Numbered from the stretch's first letter, positions 40,979 through 52,090 are shown. The stretch is 64,000 bases of DNA from an uncultured delta proteobacterium (GCA_963787125.1 CAWBBV010000001.1:96001-160000); one strand, 5' to 3'. Numbers and translations are program-made. Notes: generated by a model not told the origin, from the letters alone.

Positions 40979-42823
40979 ATGGCCAGATTTTCTACATTGC
41001 CGATCCGCACCCAGCTGCTGATACTTGCGGTACTTTTGACGCTGCCCGCTTTGGGAATAATCGTCTATTCCGGCCTCAAAGTACGCGACTCTGACTACCG
41101 GAAAGCAGTAATTGAATCGCAGAAGCTTGCTGACATCCTGGTAGACAATCAGGAATATCTTGTCAGGGAGGCCAGACAACTCGGCAGATTATTAGCTGAA
41201 CTGCCTGAAATACTGAGTGGTCGGGGATCTAGCGTCCAGTCGCTGCTCTCTAATACCTTGAAAAATAACCCTCAATATCAGAACATTTTACTGGCAGATG
41301 CCGATGGTGGTGTCTGGGCCTCGGCAATTCCGTTAGATAAAGCCAAGAAAGTTTCTGTGGCTGACAGGGTCTATTTCGACAAAGCAAAGACAACGCTCCG
41401 TTTCTCTGCCGGTGAATATGCTGTCAGCAGGTCCACCGGCAAACCTACTTTCCATATTGCAAGCCCTCTGGTTTTTCACGGCAAATTTCACGGTGTTGTA
41501 GTCCTAAATATTGATCTGGATGAGATGCGTTCCATTCTCGGGCGGTTGCAACTGCCGGCAAACGCCAATTACGTCCTTGTTGACCAAAACGGCATCATTC
41601 TCAGCAGGGGCAGGGAACTAGGCGCAGCTGTCGGCAAATCGATCAATCTTGAAGACCTGAAGAAAATGGCAGCTGGTCCGGACAAGGACAGTTACGAATT
41701 CACACGCTCAGATGGCGAACGACGTATCGTTACCTACCGCAAACTCCGCCTTGAAAGGGAACAGGCGCCCTACATGTACGTCAGGGCCGGGATGTCCCTC
41801 AAAGAATCTGTTGCAGCTGCAAACCGCCAACTGTTTTATAACCTGGTGACACTGATACCGTTCGTAATCTCCGCTTTTGTGATTGTCGTTATTATCGGCA
41901 AAAAATCTATTGCTGATCGTGTTGAAAAGCTGCGGGAGGCCGCCCACAAAATTGCTGAAGGCAATCTTGACATCAGGGTTTACCCGCATGTCAGGGATGG
42001 TGAATTTGGTGAATTGGCACTGTCTTTTGATCACATGGCCAGCCGACTTGCCGACAATCTCGCCGAAATCAGGCAGGCTCAACATCAGATCAAAAGGCTG
42101 AATGCCGATCTTGAGCAAAAAGTTGCCAAGCGTACCGCCCAACTTGAAACCCTTGTAAAGGAGCACGAAGCTTTCAGTTATAGTGTTTCCCATGATTTGC
42201 GTGCCCCGCTGCGCCATATCAACGGGTTCAGTGCCATCCTGAGTGAAGAGCTTGGCAGCGAGGTCTCGCCGCAATGTCATGGTTACCTGCAGCGCATAAC
42301 TGCCGCCAGCAACAGAATGGGACGTTTAATCGATGATCTTCTGGAGTTGTCGCGGATTAACCGTGAACCGCTGAAACTGGAGAGGGTCAATTTGAGCGCT
42401 ATCGCCACTGAAATAGTTGCCATGTTGAGAGAAGCTGAGCCGGGGCGGGTTGTCGAAGTGATAGTTGCTGACAATCTCAAGGCATATGGAGATGCCTCCC
42501 TGCTGCATATTGCCCTGCAAAACCTGATTGACAACGCCTGGAAATACACCTGTAAACAGCCAGCGGCCAGAATTGAGCTGGGTATGAACAAGACTGCTGA
42601 TGAAGACGTATATTTCATCAAAGACAACGGCGCAGGTTTTGACATGGCTTACAAAGATAAACTGTTTGCCGCTTTCCATCGGCTCCATGGCAGTGAATAC
42701 GAGGGGACAGGCATAGGCCTTGCCACTGTTGAGAGGGTTATTTTGCGGCATGACGGAAAAATTTGGGCTGAAGGCACTGTTAATGAAGGCGCGACCTTCT
42801 ATTTCACCCTGCCACACAAATAA
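40979..42823 (+). CDS. Cache/HAMP sensor histidine kinase
   Basis: Two TM segments, dCache-like region, FSYSVSHDLRAPLR, DNGAGF. Confidence 0.9.
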   Translation: MARFSTLPIRTQLLILAVLLTLPALGIIVYSGLKVRDSDYRKAVIESQKLADILVDNQEYLVREARQLGRLLAELPEILSGRGSSVQSLLSNTLKNNPQYQNILLADADGGVWASAIPLDKAKKVSVADRVYFDKAKTTLRFSAGEYAVSRSTGKPTFHIASPLVFHGKFHGVVVLNIDLDEMRSILGRLQLPANANYVLVDQNGIILSRGRELGAAVGKSINLEDLKKMAAGPDKDSYEFTRSDGERRIVTYRKLRLEREQAPYMYVRAGMSLKESVAAANRQLFYNLVTLIPFVISAFVIVVIIGKKSIADRVEKLREAAHKIAEGNLDIRVYPHVRDGEFGELALSFDHMASRLADNLAEIRQAQHQIKRLNADLEQKVAKRTAQLETLVKEHEAFSYSVSHDLRAPLRHINGFSAILSEELGSEVSPQCHGYLQRITAASNRMGRLIDDLLELSRINREPLKLERVNLSAIATEIVAMLREAEPGRVVEVIVADNLKAYGDASLLHIALQNLIDNAWKYTCKQPAARIELGMNKTADEDVYFIKDNGAGFDMAYKDKLFAAFHRLHGSEYEGTGIGLATVERVILRHDGKIWAEGTVNEGATFYFTLPHK

Positions 42824-42844
42824 AAAAGACAACCACGGGAAACG

Positions 42845-44197
42845 ATGCAAGCTAATCCACCAACTGTAATCAGGCGCTCAAATCACAACATCTCCAGAAA
42901 TCTTCTCAGTCCCAATGCCTTGAGAATAATGTATCGGCTCCGCGACAACGGCTACACAGCCTTTCTTGTGGGGGGCTCAGTACGTGACCTTTTACTTGGG
43001 CGCACACCAAAGGATTTTGACCTGGCAACCGATGCAACTCCCGGAGAGATAAAAAAAGTTTTCAGAAATTGTCGCCTTATCGGTCGACGCTTCAGGCTGG
43101 CGCATATTCATTTCAAGGATGAAGTTATTGAGGTGGCAACTTTTCGCAAAGGTGAAGAGCAGCCTGCTGATCTGGAAGAAGTTGACGCGATATTTGATGA
43201 AATAGACAGCGAGCAACCGGATGAGCCACGCCGTAATCTCGGTCATCACCATAAAAGCGATGACGGAGTTCTGCTGCGCGACAACCTTTTCGGCACTCCT
43301 GAAGAGGATGCCTGGCGGCGTGATTTTACGGTAAATGCGCTTTCCTACAACATTGCCGACTTCTCGATCATCGACTATGTAGGCGGGATCGAAGATCTTG
43401 AACAGCGCCTTATCAGGACAATTGGAGAACCTTCAGCCAGACTGGCCGAGGATCCGGTAAGGATGCTCAGAGCAGTGCGTTTCGCCGCCCAGCTTGATTT
43501 TACGATAGAACATCACTGTTGGGAGGCAATGAGGGCGAATTCCAGTCGAATAACTCTTTCATCGCCTGCCAGACTCTTTGATGAAGTTGTCAAACTGCTC
43601 CTCTCCGGAGCCGCAGAAAAGTGCTGGCAACTTCTCTGCGCCAGCGGCCTTGCAGCGGCAATTTTCCCTGACTTTTCCGAGTGGATTGCCGCTAAAGAGA
43701 TTGACCCTTCACTTAATGCCTTTGCCTGGATTGATAAAGCGCTGCTGAGCGGCGAGACAGTTTCAACTTCGCTGCTGCTGGCACAATTTTTCGGTGACTA
43801 CCTGCTGGATCCAGAGAGAGGGAGGTTGCCGGAACATCTTCCGATTCAAGTCAAAATTGACCGGTCGCTGACGGATTTCATGAAAGAAACTGCCGGGAGG
43901 CTCGCCATCCCGCAGCGCACCGTGATGCGCCTCAGAGAGATTCTGCTACTGCAACAGCGGCTGCTGAAGATGCCGGGGCGAAAGCCGGACAACGTCATTA
44001 CCAGGCCTGCTTTTGCTGAGGCCGTCGCTTATCTGCGTTTCTGTTCCAGTAGCGATGCTACGCTGGGGAAAGCTGTCGGCTGGTGGGAGCGGTACTCATC
44101 AGGTCATAGCAACCCGGAAGCTCAGCTTCACAACGAAGAGCGCAGCAGCAGTAAAAGGCGCGGCAGGAGAAGACGGAAGGGAAAGGCATCTTTATAA
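42845..44197 (+). CDS. pcnB: Poly(A) polymerase I
   Basis: VGGSVRD, KDFD, LIGRRFRLAHI signature, RRDFTVN, EDPVRMLRA; basic tail. Confidence 0.93.
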   Translation: MQANPPTVIRRSNHNISRNLLSPNALRIMYRLRDNGYTAFLVGGSVRDLLLGRTPKDFDLATDATPGEIKKVFRNCRLIGRRFRLAHIHFKDEVIEVATFRKGEEQPADLEEVDAIFDEIDSEQPDEPRRNLGHHHKSDDGVLLRDNLFGTPEEDAWRRDFTVNALSYNIADFSIIDYVGGIEDLEQRLIRTIGEPSARLAEDPVRMLRAVRFAAQLDFTIEHHCWEAMRANSSRITLSSPARLFDEVVKLLLSGAAEKCWQLLCASGLAAAIFPDFSEWIAAKEIDPSLNAFAWIDKALLSGETVSTSLLLAQFFGDYLLDPERGRLPEHLPIQVKIDRSLTDFMKETAGRLAIPQRTVMRLREILLLQQRLLKMPGRKPDNVITRPAFAEAVAYLRFCSSSDATLGKAVGWWERYSSGHSNPEAQLHNEERSSSKRRGRRRRKGKASL

Positions 44198-44223
44198 CCG
44201 ATCATTTTGGCCGCAAATGGACC

Positions 44224-46047
44224 TCAATTTGAAAGTTGTGTCGCAATCCGTTCCGCCAATATTTTCGTCACCCCTTTTATCGCCACAAGTTCCTCACGAG
44301 AAGAACTTCTGATGCCCTGAACACTGCCGAACTTCTCCAACAGCCTTTTCTTGAGAACAGCGCCAACACCGCTTATCTGATCAAGCGCCGAATTAAGCGC
44401 TGTTTCACTGCGCAGCTTGCGATGATAAGTTATGGCAAAGCGGTGCGCTTCGTCCCGTATCCGGGCCAAGAGCAGCAGTGGCGCCGAATTCTGCCGCAGG
44501 ACAACCGGATTTTTTCTCCCGGGCAAAAAAACCCTCTCATCACTTTTTTCGATAAAGGTTTCGCTCATGCCGGTACTGACGCGGCTCTTGGCAAGACCAG
44601 CCAGATCTATCCCTGCAATCCCCAACTCCTCCATAACCGCCGACAGGATGCCGAGTTGGCCGATGCCACCATCCACAATAATCAGATCAGGCGGCTCTTC
44701 ACTGTTCTTAGCCGGATCGAACCGCCTCGCCAGAACCTCCCGCATCATGCCGAAATCATCGGCCTGGGCAACGCTTTTTATCCGGTAACGGCGATAACAG
44801 GATTTTTCAGGTTTCCCCTCACAAAACGTGACTTTGCTACCGACTGCATCTTTCCCCTGGATGTTTGAAATGTCGTAACACTCGATCCGCCGGGGAGTTT
44901 TTTTCAGGTGCAGACGTTCCTGCAGTTCACTGAGGGTAGTGCCGCTTTCTTCTGCCTTTTTCTGCCGTTCCAGCGCCGTATTTTCGGCATTTTTGACCGC
45001 CATTTTTGCCAACTCCAGCTTAGCACCGCGCAACGGGCAGCTGATGGCGACCTTTTTGCCACGTTTTTCTGAAAGAAGCTCCGCAATTACCTCGCACCCC
45101 GGAACACGGCAGGATAGCAGAATTTCATCAGGAATGATGACCTCGCCGCTGTAGTAACCGGTCAAAAATGACGCGGCCCCCTCTTCAGTCTCCAGCTCCC
45201 ATTCCAGCAGATAATTTCTGCTCCCCAGCATCAGGCCGTTACGGATAAAAAGGAGACTGATCTGAAGATGCTCTCCCAGCGGCACCACCCCGATCACATC
45301 GGTATCACCGCCGCTCGAAGCCACCTTCTGCTTCTCCACCGTCTTTTCGATAGAGTTGATCAGATCACGGCAGCGACCGGCCTCTTCATACTCCTGCCGC
45401 TCTGCCGCCGCAGCCATCCGCTCTCGGCAGATTCTGACAATCTCCCGGTTGCGGCCGGAGAGGAACAGCGTAGCGCCCTCGACCAGACCGGAATACTCCT
45501 GAGACGAAATCTTGCCAAAACAGGGGGCTGAGCACTGTTTCAGCTGATAATACAGACAGGGACGCTTACGCTGCAGACAGCTTTTCAGAGGGTAATGCCG
45601 CAACGGAAACAGGCGGCAAAGTTCTTTCAGCACCTCCCTGGCAGCAGTGGCCGAAGAGTACGGCCCGAAATATCTGGCTCCGTCTCGCTGGACTTTGCGA
45701 ATGATTGCTATCCGGGGGAACTCCTCTGCCGGGTCAAGGCGGAGGGAAAAGTAGGTTTTGTCGTCTCGCAGGCTCAGGTTATAGCGCGGCCGGTGTTCTT
45801 TAATCAGATTATTTTCAAGGATCAGCGCCTCTTTTTCAGTATCGGTGACAAGCCAATCGATGGTTTCTACTCGAGCCATCAGAAAGCGGATCTGATAGCG
45901 GGAGTCGCCGGACCGGTTAAAGTAGGAACTGACGCGCTTCTTCAGGTTAATGGCTTTGCCGACATAGATTATCTTGCCGCTGCCATTCTTCATGAGATAG
46001 ACCCCCGGAGAGGTCGGAAAATGTCTGATTGAATCTATCGAGAGCAT
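44224..46047 (-). CDS. uvrC: Excinuclease ABC subunit C
   Basis: GIY-YIG PGVYLM/IIYVGKA; CYDISN; DGGIGQ; HhH tail; start reassigned. Confidence 0.95.
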   Translation of the reverse strand: MLSIDSIRHFPTSPGVYLMKNGSGKIIYVGKAINLKKRVSSYFNRSGDSRYQIRFLMARVETIDWLVTDTEKEALILENNLIKEHRPRYNLSLRDDKTYFSLRLDPAEEFPRIAIIRKVQRDGARYFGPYSSATAAREVLKELCRLFPLRHYPLKSCLQRKRPCLYYQLKQCSAPCFGKISSQEYSGLVEGATLFLSGRNREIVRICRERMAAAAERQEYEEAGRCRDLINSIEKTVEKQKVASSGGDTDVIGVVPLGEHLQISLLFIRNGLMLGSRNYLLEWELETEEGAASFLTGYYSGEVIIPDEILLSCRVPGCEVIAELLSEKRGKKVAISCPLRGAKLELAKMAVKNAENTALERQKKAEESGTTLSELQERLHLKKTPRRIECYDISNIQGKDAVGSKVTFCEGKPEKSCYRRYRIKSVAQADDFGMMREVLARRFDPAKNSEEPPDLIIVDGGIGQLGILSAVMEELGIAGIDLAGLAKSRVSTGMSETFIEKSDERVFLPGRKNPVVLRQNSAPLLLLARIRDEAHRFAITYHRKLRSETALNSALDQISGVGAVLKKRLLEKFGSVQGIRSSSREELVAIKGVTKILAERIATQLSN

Positions 46048-46191
46048 ACCTGAATATAGAAGCAGATCATGTTTCTTGAAAGTTTTTTCTGAACGGTTAT
46101 TTAGTTGAATCAAAAAACTTCGATTTGGCATAATGCCGAAGATATGGACTTTCTTATCCTTGAATTCAACCGCTTTTACAGGGGGAATTTT

Positions 46192-47102
46192 ATGCGACTT
46201 TTAACCCGTTCCGACTTTGACGGAATCTGCTGTGCCGTGCTTCTCAAGGAGCTTGGCCTTATGGACGAGATGGTGTATGCCCATCCCAAGGATCTTCAGG
46301 ACGGCAAAATTGTCGCCGGCAAAAACGATATCCTTGCCAATGTCCCTTACGTACCGGGTTGCGGACTCTGGTTCGACCATCACTCCAGCGAGCAGGAGCG
46401 ACTTCAGCTTGCCGGAAGATATGAAGGCAAGAGTACCCTTGCTCCTAGTGCGGCACGGGTAATTTATGACTATTACGCATCCGACTAAGCTGGCAAGATT
46501 CAGTGAAATGCTTCATTTCGTTGACAAAGTCGACTCGGCAAATCTTATCGGAAGACGAAATCCTGAATCCGACCGGCTGGATACTGCTTGGCTTCATCTG
46601 TGATCCGCGAACCGGTCTCGGTTATCACAAAGATTACCGGATCAGCAACCTTGCTTTCATGGGAGAGCTGGTCGACCATATCAGGACAAAAAGCATTGAC
46701 GAAATCCTTGCCCTGCCTGACACCAAAGAGCGCATTGCCATCTACCTGGAAAACGATCAACTGGCACGCGAGTTCATCAAGAGTCATTCCTATATTGACG
46801 GTTCAGTTCTTGTTACAGATGCCAGAGGGGTTGCCGAATTGCCGCCCTCAAACCGCTTTCTTGTTTATTCGCTGTTCCCTGAGACAAACATCTCCGTAAG
46901 ACTTATTGACGGCAAAGGCAAAGAATTCGTCTCCATTTCTCTCGGCTACAGCATTCTCAACCGGACTGCCACCATTGACGTCGGCTCCTTGATGCTGAAA
47001 TACGGAGGTGGCGGCCATAAAGCTGTCGGTACTTGCCAGATACCTTACAATATGGCTGATCTGGTCTTGAAAGAAATCATCACGGTTTGCAACACGAACT
47101 GA
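46192..47102 (+). pseudogene. DHH-family phosphoesterase (exopolyphosphatase/nanoRNase-like) with two frameshifts
   Basis: TRSDFDG, FDHH and GGGGH motifs are spread over three frames; +1 shifts near 46486 and 46545. Confidence 0.8.
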
Positions 47103-47114
47103 GCAGGGGACAAG

Positions 47115-47558
47115 ATGCAACCGATTAATGCGTTTGACGATTTTACCAGAAATATCACCTACAGGGTCTTTCGTTGCGAAGACCAAATAACGCTGACCGC
47201 AACCATGAAAGACGTATTCCATGATATTCTTCTGGAGGTTCAAGTAGATCCTGAAAATATGAAAATCTGTTCGGCGCAGGTTAATTTTTCAAAACATCCC
47301 AGCGAATTCTGCCCGCAGATTGACATTGCCATGGCAAAGTTGGTTGGGACCGTAATCGGTAAAGGGATGACCAGAAAACTGGTCGATATTTTTGGTGGTC
47401 GCGAAGGCTGCGGCAATATCCGGACATTACTGCTGGGGCTGCTGCCGTTGGCACTGAATGCCAGGGCTGCACAAGGTATCAGCAATCAGGATGAGATGCT
47501 TGACAAGATCCGCAAAGAGCTGACAGGTACCTGTATCGGATATCCAATAAACGTTTGA
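47115..47558 (+). CDS. DUF2889-like protein
   Basis: D.FH, HP..FC, GGREGC and TC motifs. Confidence 0.6.
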   Translation: MQPINAFDDFTRNITYRVFRCEDQITLTATMKDVFHDILLEVQVDPENMKICSAQVNFSKHPSEFCPQIDIAMAKLVGTVIGKGMTRKLVDIFGGREGCGNIRTLLLGLLPLALNARAAQGISNQDEMLDKIRKELTGTCIGYPINV

Positions 47559-47611
47559 TGGAATTTTTAGTTGACATGACTCGTCACGAATGGTAAATAA
47601 CAAAACTTCAT

Positions 47612-47687
47612 TCCCCATTAGCTCAGTCGGTAGAGCAGGTGACTGTTAATCACCTTGTCCGTGGTTCAAGTCCGCGATGGGGAGCCA
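47612..47687 (+). tRNA. tRNA-Asn(GTT)
   Basis: Cloverleaf TCCCCAT/ATGGGGA; anticodon loop CTGTTAA; GGTTCAAGTCC; encoded CCA. Confidence 0.97.
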
Positions 47688-47695
47688 TAAAAATC

Positions 47696-47730
47696 AAGGG
47701 CTTAGCCAGTAATGGTTAAGCCCTTTTTTT
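47696..47730 (+). terminator. Terminator after tRNA-Asn
   Basis: AAGGGCTTAGCCA-GTAA-TGGTTAAGCCCTT plus T tract. Confidence 0.8.
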
Positions 47731-47835
47731 ATTGTGCAGTGACGGGTTCTGTAAGATATAATTTGTTTACATTGAATCAACTCAGCAGCATCTTCGAAGG
47801 GTAGGGTTCCAAACTACCGAAAAGCGGAGGGCACT

Positions 47836-50748
47836 TTGGACACTTTTACTGCTTTTTTGAATAATGCGGCATTGATGCTTATTCTTTGCGTCATTTATGA
47901 CACATTTAACATCAATTCAATTCCAAACAAAAAAAATCTGCGCGACACTCTGACTGGAGTCCTGGTTGGGCTCATCTGCATCGCCGTTATGCTAAACCCC
48001 TGGTCTCTTGAAAAGGGTCTGTATTTCGATACCAGATGGGTGCTTCTCAGCCTGTGCGGCCTTTATTTCGGTCTTATTCCAACGATGTTTGCGGTAGTAA
48101 TTGCCGGAGCATTCCGGCTTTACCAGGGTGGTCCAGGGGGGATAGTCGGGACTGTTGTGATTGTCGTAACTGCCTGTGTGGGTCTTGTCTGGAAATATTG
48201 GCACGACAAAGGCAATAAACCTCTAAGTTGGCTTCAGCTATACTTATTCGGCATTGTTGTCCAATTGGCAATGCTCTCCTGCATCTTCCTCTTTCCAGCT
48301 GATTTGCGCAATACCATCCTCAAGACTACAGCTCTTCCAATCCTGCTCATCTACCCTGTCCTCACTACGATTATCGGCCTCATCTTAAAGGAGCAAGCGG
48401 ATCGCAGACGCGCTGACAAGGAACGCCTCTACTCAATATCTCTCGCCACAGCCGCGCTGGAATCGACTCCGGAAGGGATCCTGATAATTAACCGGGAGGG
48501 AAAGATCTCTCGCTGGAACCAGAAATTTGTCGAACTTTGGAATGTTCCGCAGCATCTTCTTGATACTACACTCAAAAACCCGGTGCTCGCCTACGCCAGC
48601 TCACAGATGGCCGACCCTGAAAAATTTCTGGCTAAAGCCACAGAACTGCACGAGCACCCGGATAAATCGTGTGCCGACACGCTCAACCTTACCGATGGCC
48701 GGATTTTCAGTCTTTACTCACAGCCACAGAAAATCGGCGCTGAAATTGTGGGCCGCTTCTGGTCATTCCAAGATATCACCGAGCACAAGCGCGCTGAAGA
48801 GATTCTTCGCTCGAGTGAGTCCAAATTCCGCTCAATAGTGGAAACATCCCAGGATTGGATTTGGGAGATGGATTTGTCAGGGAAACACACTTTCTCCAAT
48901 GCACGTGCTTCGGATATTCTTGGTTACAGTTTAACTGACATCCTTTCAATTGATTTACTGGAATTGGTTCACCAGGAAGACCGTGAGGAGATTATAGCCA
49001 GATTACCGCAACTGATTGCAAAGAAAAGCGGTTGGCATGGCTGGGTCTTGCGTTGGCGACATAAAGACGGGAGCTGTAGAGTTCTGGAAAGTACTGCCAA
49101 TCCTGTCCTTAATGAGTCGGGCGAACTCGTCGGGTTTCGAGGAGTCGACAGAGACATTACTGAGGGCAAAAAGGCTGAAAAGACGCTCCAGGAAAGTAAA
49201 GATCTTCTTGCAGAAATAATCGAACTGAGTCCAATCTCCATGGCTATAGTCAGCATGGACGGAACTATCGAGCAAATCAATCGCCGGGCGATTGAAACAT
49301 TCGGATATTCCCACGATGATATTCCGAGTATGGAGCGATGGTGGATACAGGCATACCCTGATGAATCCTACCGTGCCGAAGTATTCGCTCAATGGATGGG
49401 TCTTATTGGAAAAGCAATAGCAGAAAAGAGCGAAATCGAACGCCGCGAGTACCGGGTCAGCTGCAAGGACGGGACGGTCAGGATGGCACTCATCTATGGC
49501 ATACTGGTCGCGGACAAAGTTTTCGTCATATTTGACGACATCACCGACCGCAAGCTTGCCGAAGCAGACCGACTGGCTCTTGAGCGCCATCAACTCCAAG
49601 CCCAGAAGCTGGAAAGTCTCGGCGTCCTGGCCGGTGGCATCGCCCACGACTTCAATAACATTCTTACCGCAATTATGGGGAACATCTCTTACGCCAAAAT
49701 GGATCTCGATGAATCGCAGCCTGCAAGCGAACCGTTGGCAAGGGCCGAAAAGGCAGTGAAAAGGGCAGCCAGGCTTGCCAACCAGTTGCTCGTATTCGCC
49801 AAAGGCGGAGATCCAGTAAAGAAATCCATCTCCGTTCACAGTATCGTGCATGACACTGTCTCCCTTACGCTGAGCGGGACCAATATTCAGGCGGTCATCG
49901 ATCTGCCGGCTGACCTGTATGCGGTCAATGCCGATGAAGGGCAGATTAGCCAGGCATTTCACAATATAATCATTAATGCCGTGCAGGCGATGCCCGATGG
50001 TGGCAGTTTTACCATCTCCGCCAATAATGTTGCCATTAACGAGAATAACAACCTGAATCTTTCTGCCGGTGATTATGTGCAGATATCTTTTACAGACGAG
50101 GGCCTCGGCATTGCGGCTGAACAAGTAGGGAGAATTTTCGATCCCTACTTTACAACCAAAGCAGATGGAAGCGGTTTAGGGTTGGCATCAACATATGCCA
50201 TCATCAAAAAACACTTCGGCAATATTTCTGTCAGTTCATCGCCTGGTAAGGGTACGACCTTTAAAATTCTTATCCCCGCTTGCGGAGAACCCGTAACTGA
50301 AGATTTGAAAGAGGCTCATGTCCCTGAAAATGCACAACGGGACTATTCTATCCTGGTAATGGATGATGACGAAATGGTCAGAGAATTGGCCGAAATCACC
50401 CTGAAACGCTTGAATTATACGGTTGTCTGTTGCAATAACGGCTCTGAAGCCGTCTCCCTGTACCGGTCGGCCAGAGAGAGAGGCATGCCGTTTTCTTTTG
50501 TTATAATGGATCTTACTATCCAGGGAGGAATGGGAGGGGTTGAGGCAGCCAAACAGATACTTGCTTTTGACCCGGAAGCGCAACTGATCGTTTCCAGCGG
50601 CTATTCGGCTGATCCGGTCATGGCCAACTTTTCTGACTACGGCTTTTGCGCCTCACTGGAAAAACCTTACGATGTCGAGGAAATTTCCAGGATTTTACAA
50701 AGGACTCAGCGATCACCAGCGATAAAATCTGCATCAACAAAAAAATAG
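47836..50748 (+). CDS. 5TM-5TMR_LYT, multi-PAS hybrid histidine kinase with REC
   Basis: FDTR membrane domain, three [19 protein letters not shown] start with GGAGG RBS. Confidence 0.9.
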   Translation: MDTFTAFLNNAALMLILCVIYDTFNINSIPNKKNLRDTLTGVLVGLICIAVMLNPWSLEKGLYFDTRWVLLSLCGLYFGLIPTMFAVVIAGAFRLYQGGPGGIVGTVVIVVTACVGLVWKYWHDKGNKPLSWLQLYLFGIVVQLAMLSCIFLFPADLRNTILKTTALPILLIYPVLTTIIGLILKEQADRRRADKERLYSISLATAALESTPEGILIINREGKISRWNQKFVELWNVPQHLLDTTLKNPVLAYASSQMADPEKFLAKATELHEHPDKSCADTLNLTDGRIFSLYSQPQKIGAEIVGRFWSFQDITEHKRAEEILRSSESKFRSIVETSQDWIWEMDLSGKHTFSNARASDILGYSLTDILSIDLLELVHQEDREEIIARLPQLIAKKSGWHGWVLRWRHKDGSCRVLESTANPVLNESGELVGFRGVDRDITEGKKAEKTLQESKDLLAEIIELSPISMAIVSMDGTIEQINRRAIETFGYSHDDIPSMERWWIQAYPDESYRAEVFAQWMGLIGKAIAEKSEIERREYRVSCKDGTVRMALIYGILVADKVFVIFDDITDRKLAEADRLALERHQLQAQKLESLGVLAGGIAHDFNNILTAIMGNISYAKMDLDESQPASEPLARAEKAVKRAARLANQLLVFAKGGDPVKKSISVHSIVHDTVSLTLSGTNIQAVIDLPADLYAVNADEGQISQAFHNIIINAVQAMPDGGSFTISANNVAINENNNLNLSAGDYVQISFTDEGLGIAAEQVGRIFDPYFTTKADGSGLGLASTYAIIKKHFGNISVSSSPGKGTTFKILIPACGEPVTEDLKEAHVPENAQRDYSILVMDDDEMVRELAEITLKRLNYTVVCCNNGSEAVSLYRSARERGMPFSFVIMDLTIQGGMGGVEAAKQILAFDPEAQLIVSSGYSADPVMANFSDYGFCASLEKPYDVEEISRILQRTQRSPAIKSASTKK

Positions 50749-50777
50749 GCACTCACGTCGGTAGCGTGAGTGCCTAT
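50739..50777. terminator. Terminator between the kinase and tRNA-Phe
   Basis: ATAGGCACTCACG-loop-CGTGAGTGCCTAT with an A tract on the left. Confidence 0.8.
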
Positions 50778-50793
50778 AAATACTGGTAAAAAG

Positions 50794-50869
50794 TGGTGCC
50801 CGGGGACGGAATCGAACCGCCGACACGAGGATTTTCAATCCTCTGCTCTACCGACTGAGCTACCCGGGC
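50794..50869 (-). tRNA. tRNA-Phe(GAA)
   Basis: Reverse complement GCCCGGGTAGCTCAG...TTGAAAA...GGTTCGATTCC...CACCA. Confidence 0.97.
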
Positions 50870-50933
50870 GAAAAGAATAATCTTTATACTATTCAGGCGG
50901 GCCAGATGTCAAACTTTTTCTTACAGGCCCCTT

Positions 50934-51497
50934 TTATGCTCTTGAAATAAAGCGGCCATCACGGGTATCAATCTTTACCTTCTCGCCTGACTCAAGGTAC
51001 GGTGGCACCCTTACCTTCAAACCTGTCTCAAGAATTGCCTCTTTTGTTTCAGCAGTCGCCGTTGCGTTCTTCATGGAAGGGGGCGTCTCTGTGACAGTCA
51101 GTTCGACAATCATCGGCAGGTCTACATTGATCATTCTCCCTTCAAAAAGGCCGAGCTGAACTTCTGCCCCCTCAAGCAGGTAGGGTGAAACCAGGGAAAA
51201 ACTCTCCGCAGCCATTTCGAACTGCTCATAGTTCTCAAGATCCATAAAGACACCGCCGTCGCCGTCAGCATAAAGAAACTGCCCCTTGTGACGTTCGAAA
51301 TCAGCTTCGTCAACCTTGTCGCCGGATCGGAAAGTTCTGTCAAGCACCTGTCCGGTGATCAGATTCTTGTATTTGGTCTTGACCATGGTATTGGCCCCGC
51401 GGGCAGTGGGTGACTGAACGGTTACATCGGTGAGCATGCAGGGCGCGCCGTCCAGCTGGATGATGAGCCCTTTTTTAAAATCTGACGTTGTAAACAT
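50934..51497 (-). CDS. efp: Elongation factor P family protein, EfpL/YeiP-type loop
   Basis: EF-P fold motifs FRSGDK, FMDLENYEQ and LETG; loop SPTARGANT. Confidence 0.9.
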   Translation of the reverse strand: MFTTSDFKKGLIIQLDGAPCMLTDVTVQSPTARGANTMVKTKYKNLITGQVLDRTFRSGDKVDEADFERHKGQFLYADGDGGVFMDLENYEQFEMAAESFSLVSPYLLEGAEVQLGLFEGRMINVDLPMIVELTVTETPPSMKNATATAETKEAILETGLKVRVPPYLESGEKVKIDTRDGRFISRA

Positions 51498-51511
51498 TTA
51501 TTAACTGCTCC

Positions 51512-52090
51512 CTATTTGATTGTTTTTACGGACTTAATGACGATTGGTGTCTCAGGAACGTTCTGAAAGACTGAATTCTGTCTCTTCTGCGGCGCAGCGA
51601 CCATTTTGTCGACAACATCCATGCCTTCGATCACCTTGCCGAAGACAGCATAACCGAAACCACGCTGAGTTTCATCGCTATGATTAAGGAAATCGTTATT
51701 AACAACATTGATAAAAAACTGTGCCGTGGCAGAATCAACAACTCCAGTCCTGGCCATTGCCAGAGTCCCCCGGTTATTCTTAAGGCCGTTGCCGGCTTCG
51801 TTCTTGATCGGCGGTCTGTCACCCGGTTTCGGCTGAAGCGCCGCTGTCAAGCCGCCACCCTGCGCCATGAACCCGGGAATTACCCGGTGAAAGATCGTAT
51901 CTTTGTAGTAGCCGCTGTTGGCGTATTCAAGAAAATTTTTGACGGAAAGCGGCGCTTTGTCGGCAAACAGCTCGACTTTGATATTCCCCATGCTCGTCTC
52001 GATAACTGCCACCGGATTCTTATCTGCTGCAAGAGCTGCTGCAGCGAGGGCAAAAGTCAGCAGCAGGGTGAAAAACAGCCGTTTAATCAT
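51512..52090 (-). CDS. ppiA: Periplasmic cyclophilin-type peptidyl-prolyl isomerase
   Basis: Signal peptide; [19 protein letters not shown] and QFFIN. Confidence 0.9.
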   Translation of the reverse strand: MIKRLFFTLLLTFALAAAALAADKNPVAVIETSMGNIKVELFADKAPLSVKNFLEYANSGYYKDTIFHRVIPGFMAQGGGLTAALQPKPGDRPPIKNEAGNGLKNNRGTLAMARTGVVDSATAQFFINVVNNDFLNHSDETQRGFGYAVFGKVIEGMDVVDKMVAAPQKRQNSVFQNVPETPIVIKSVKTIK

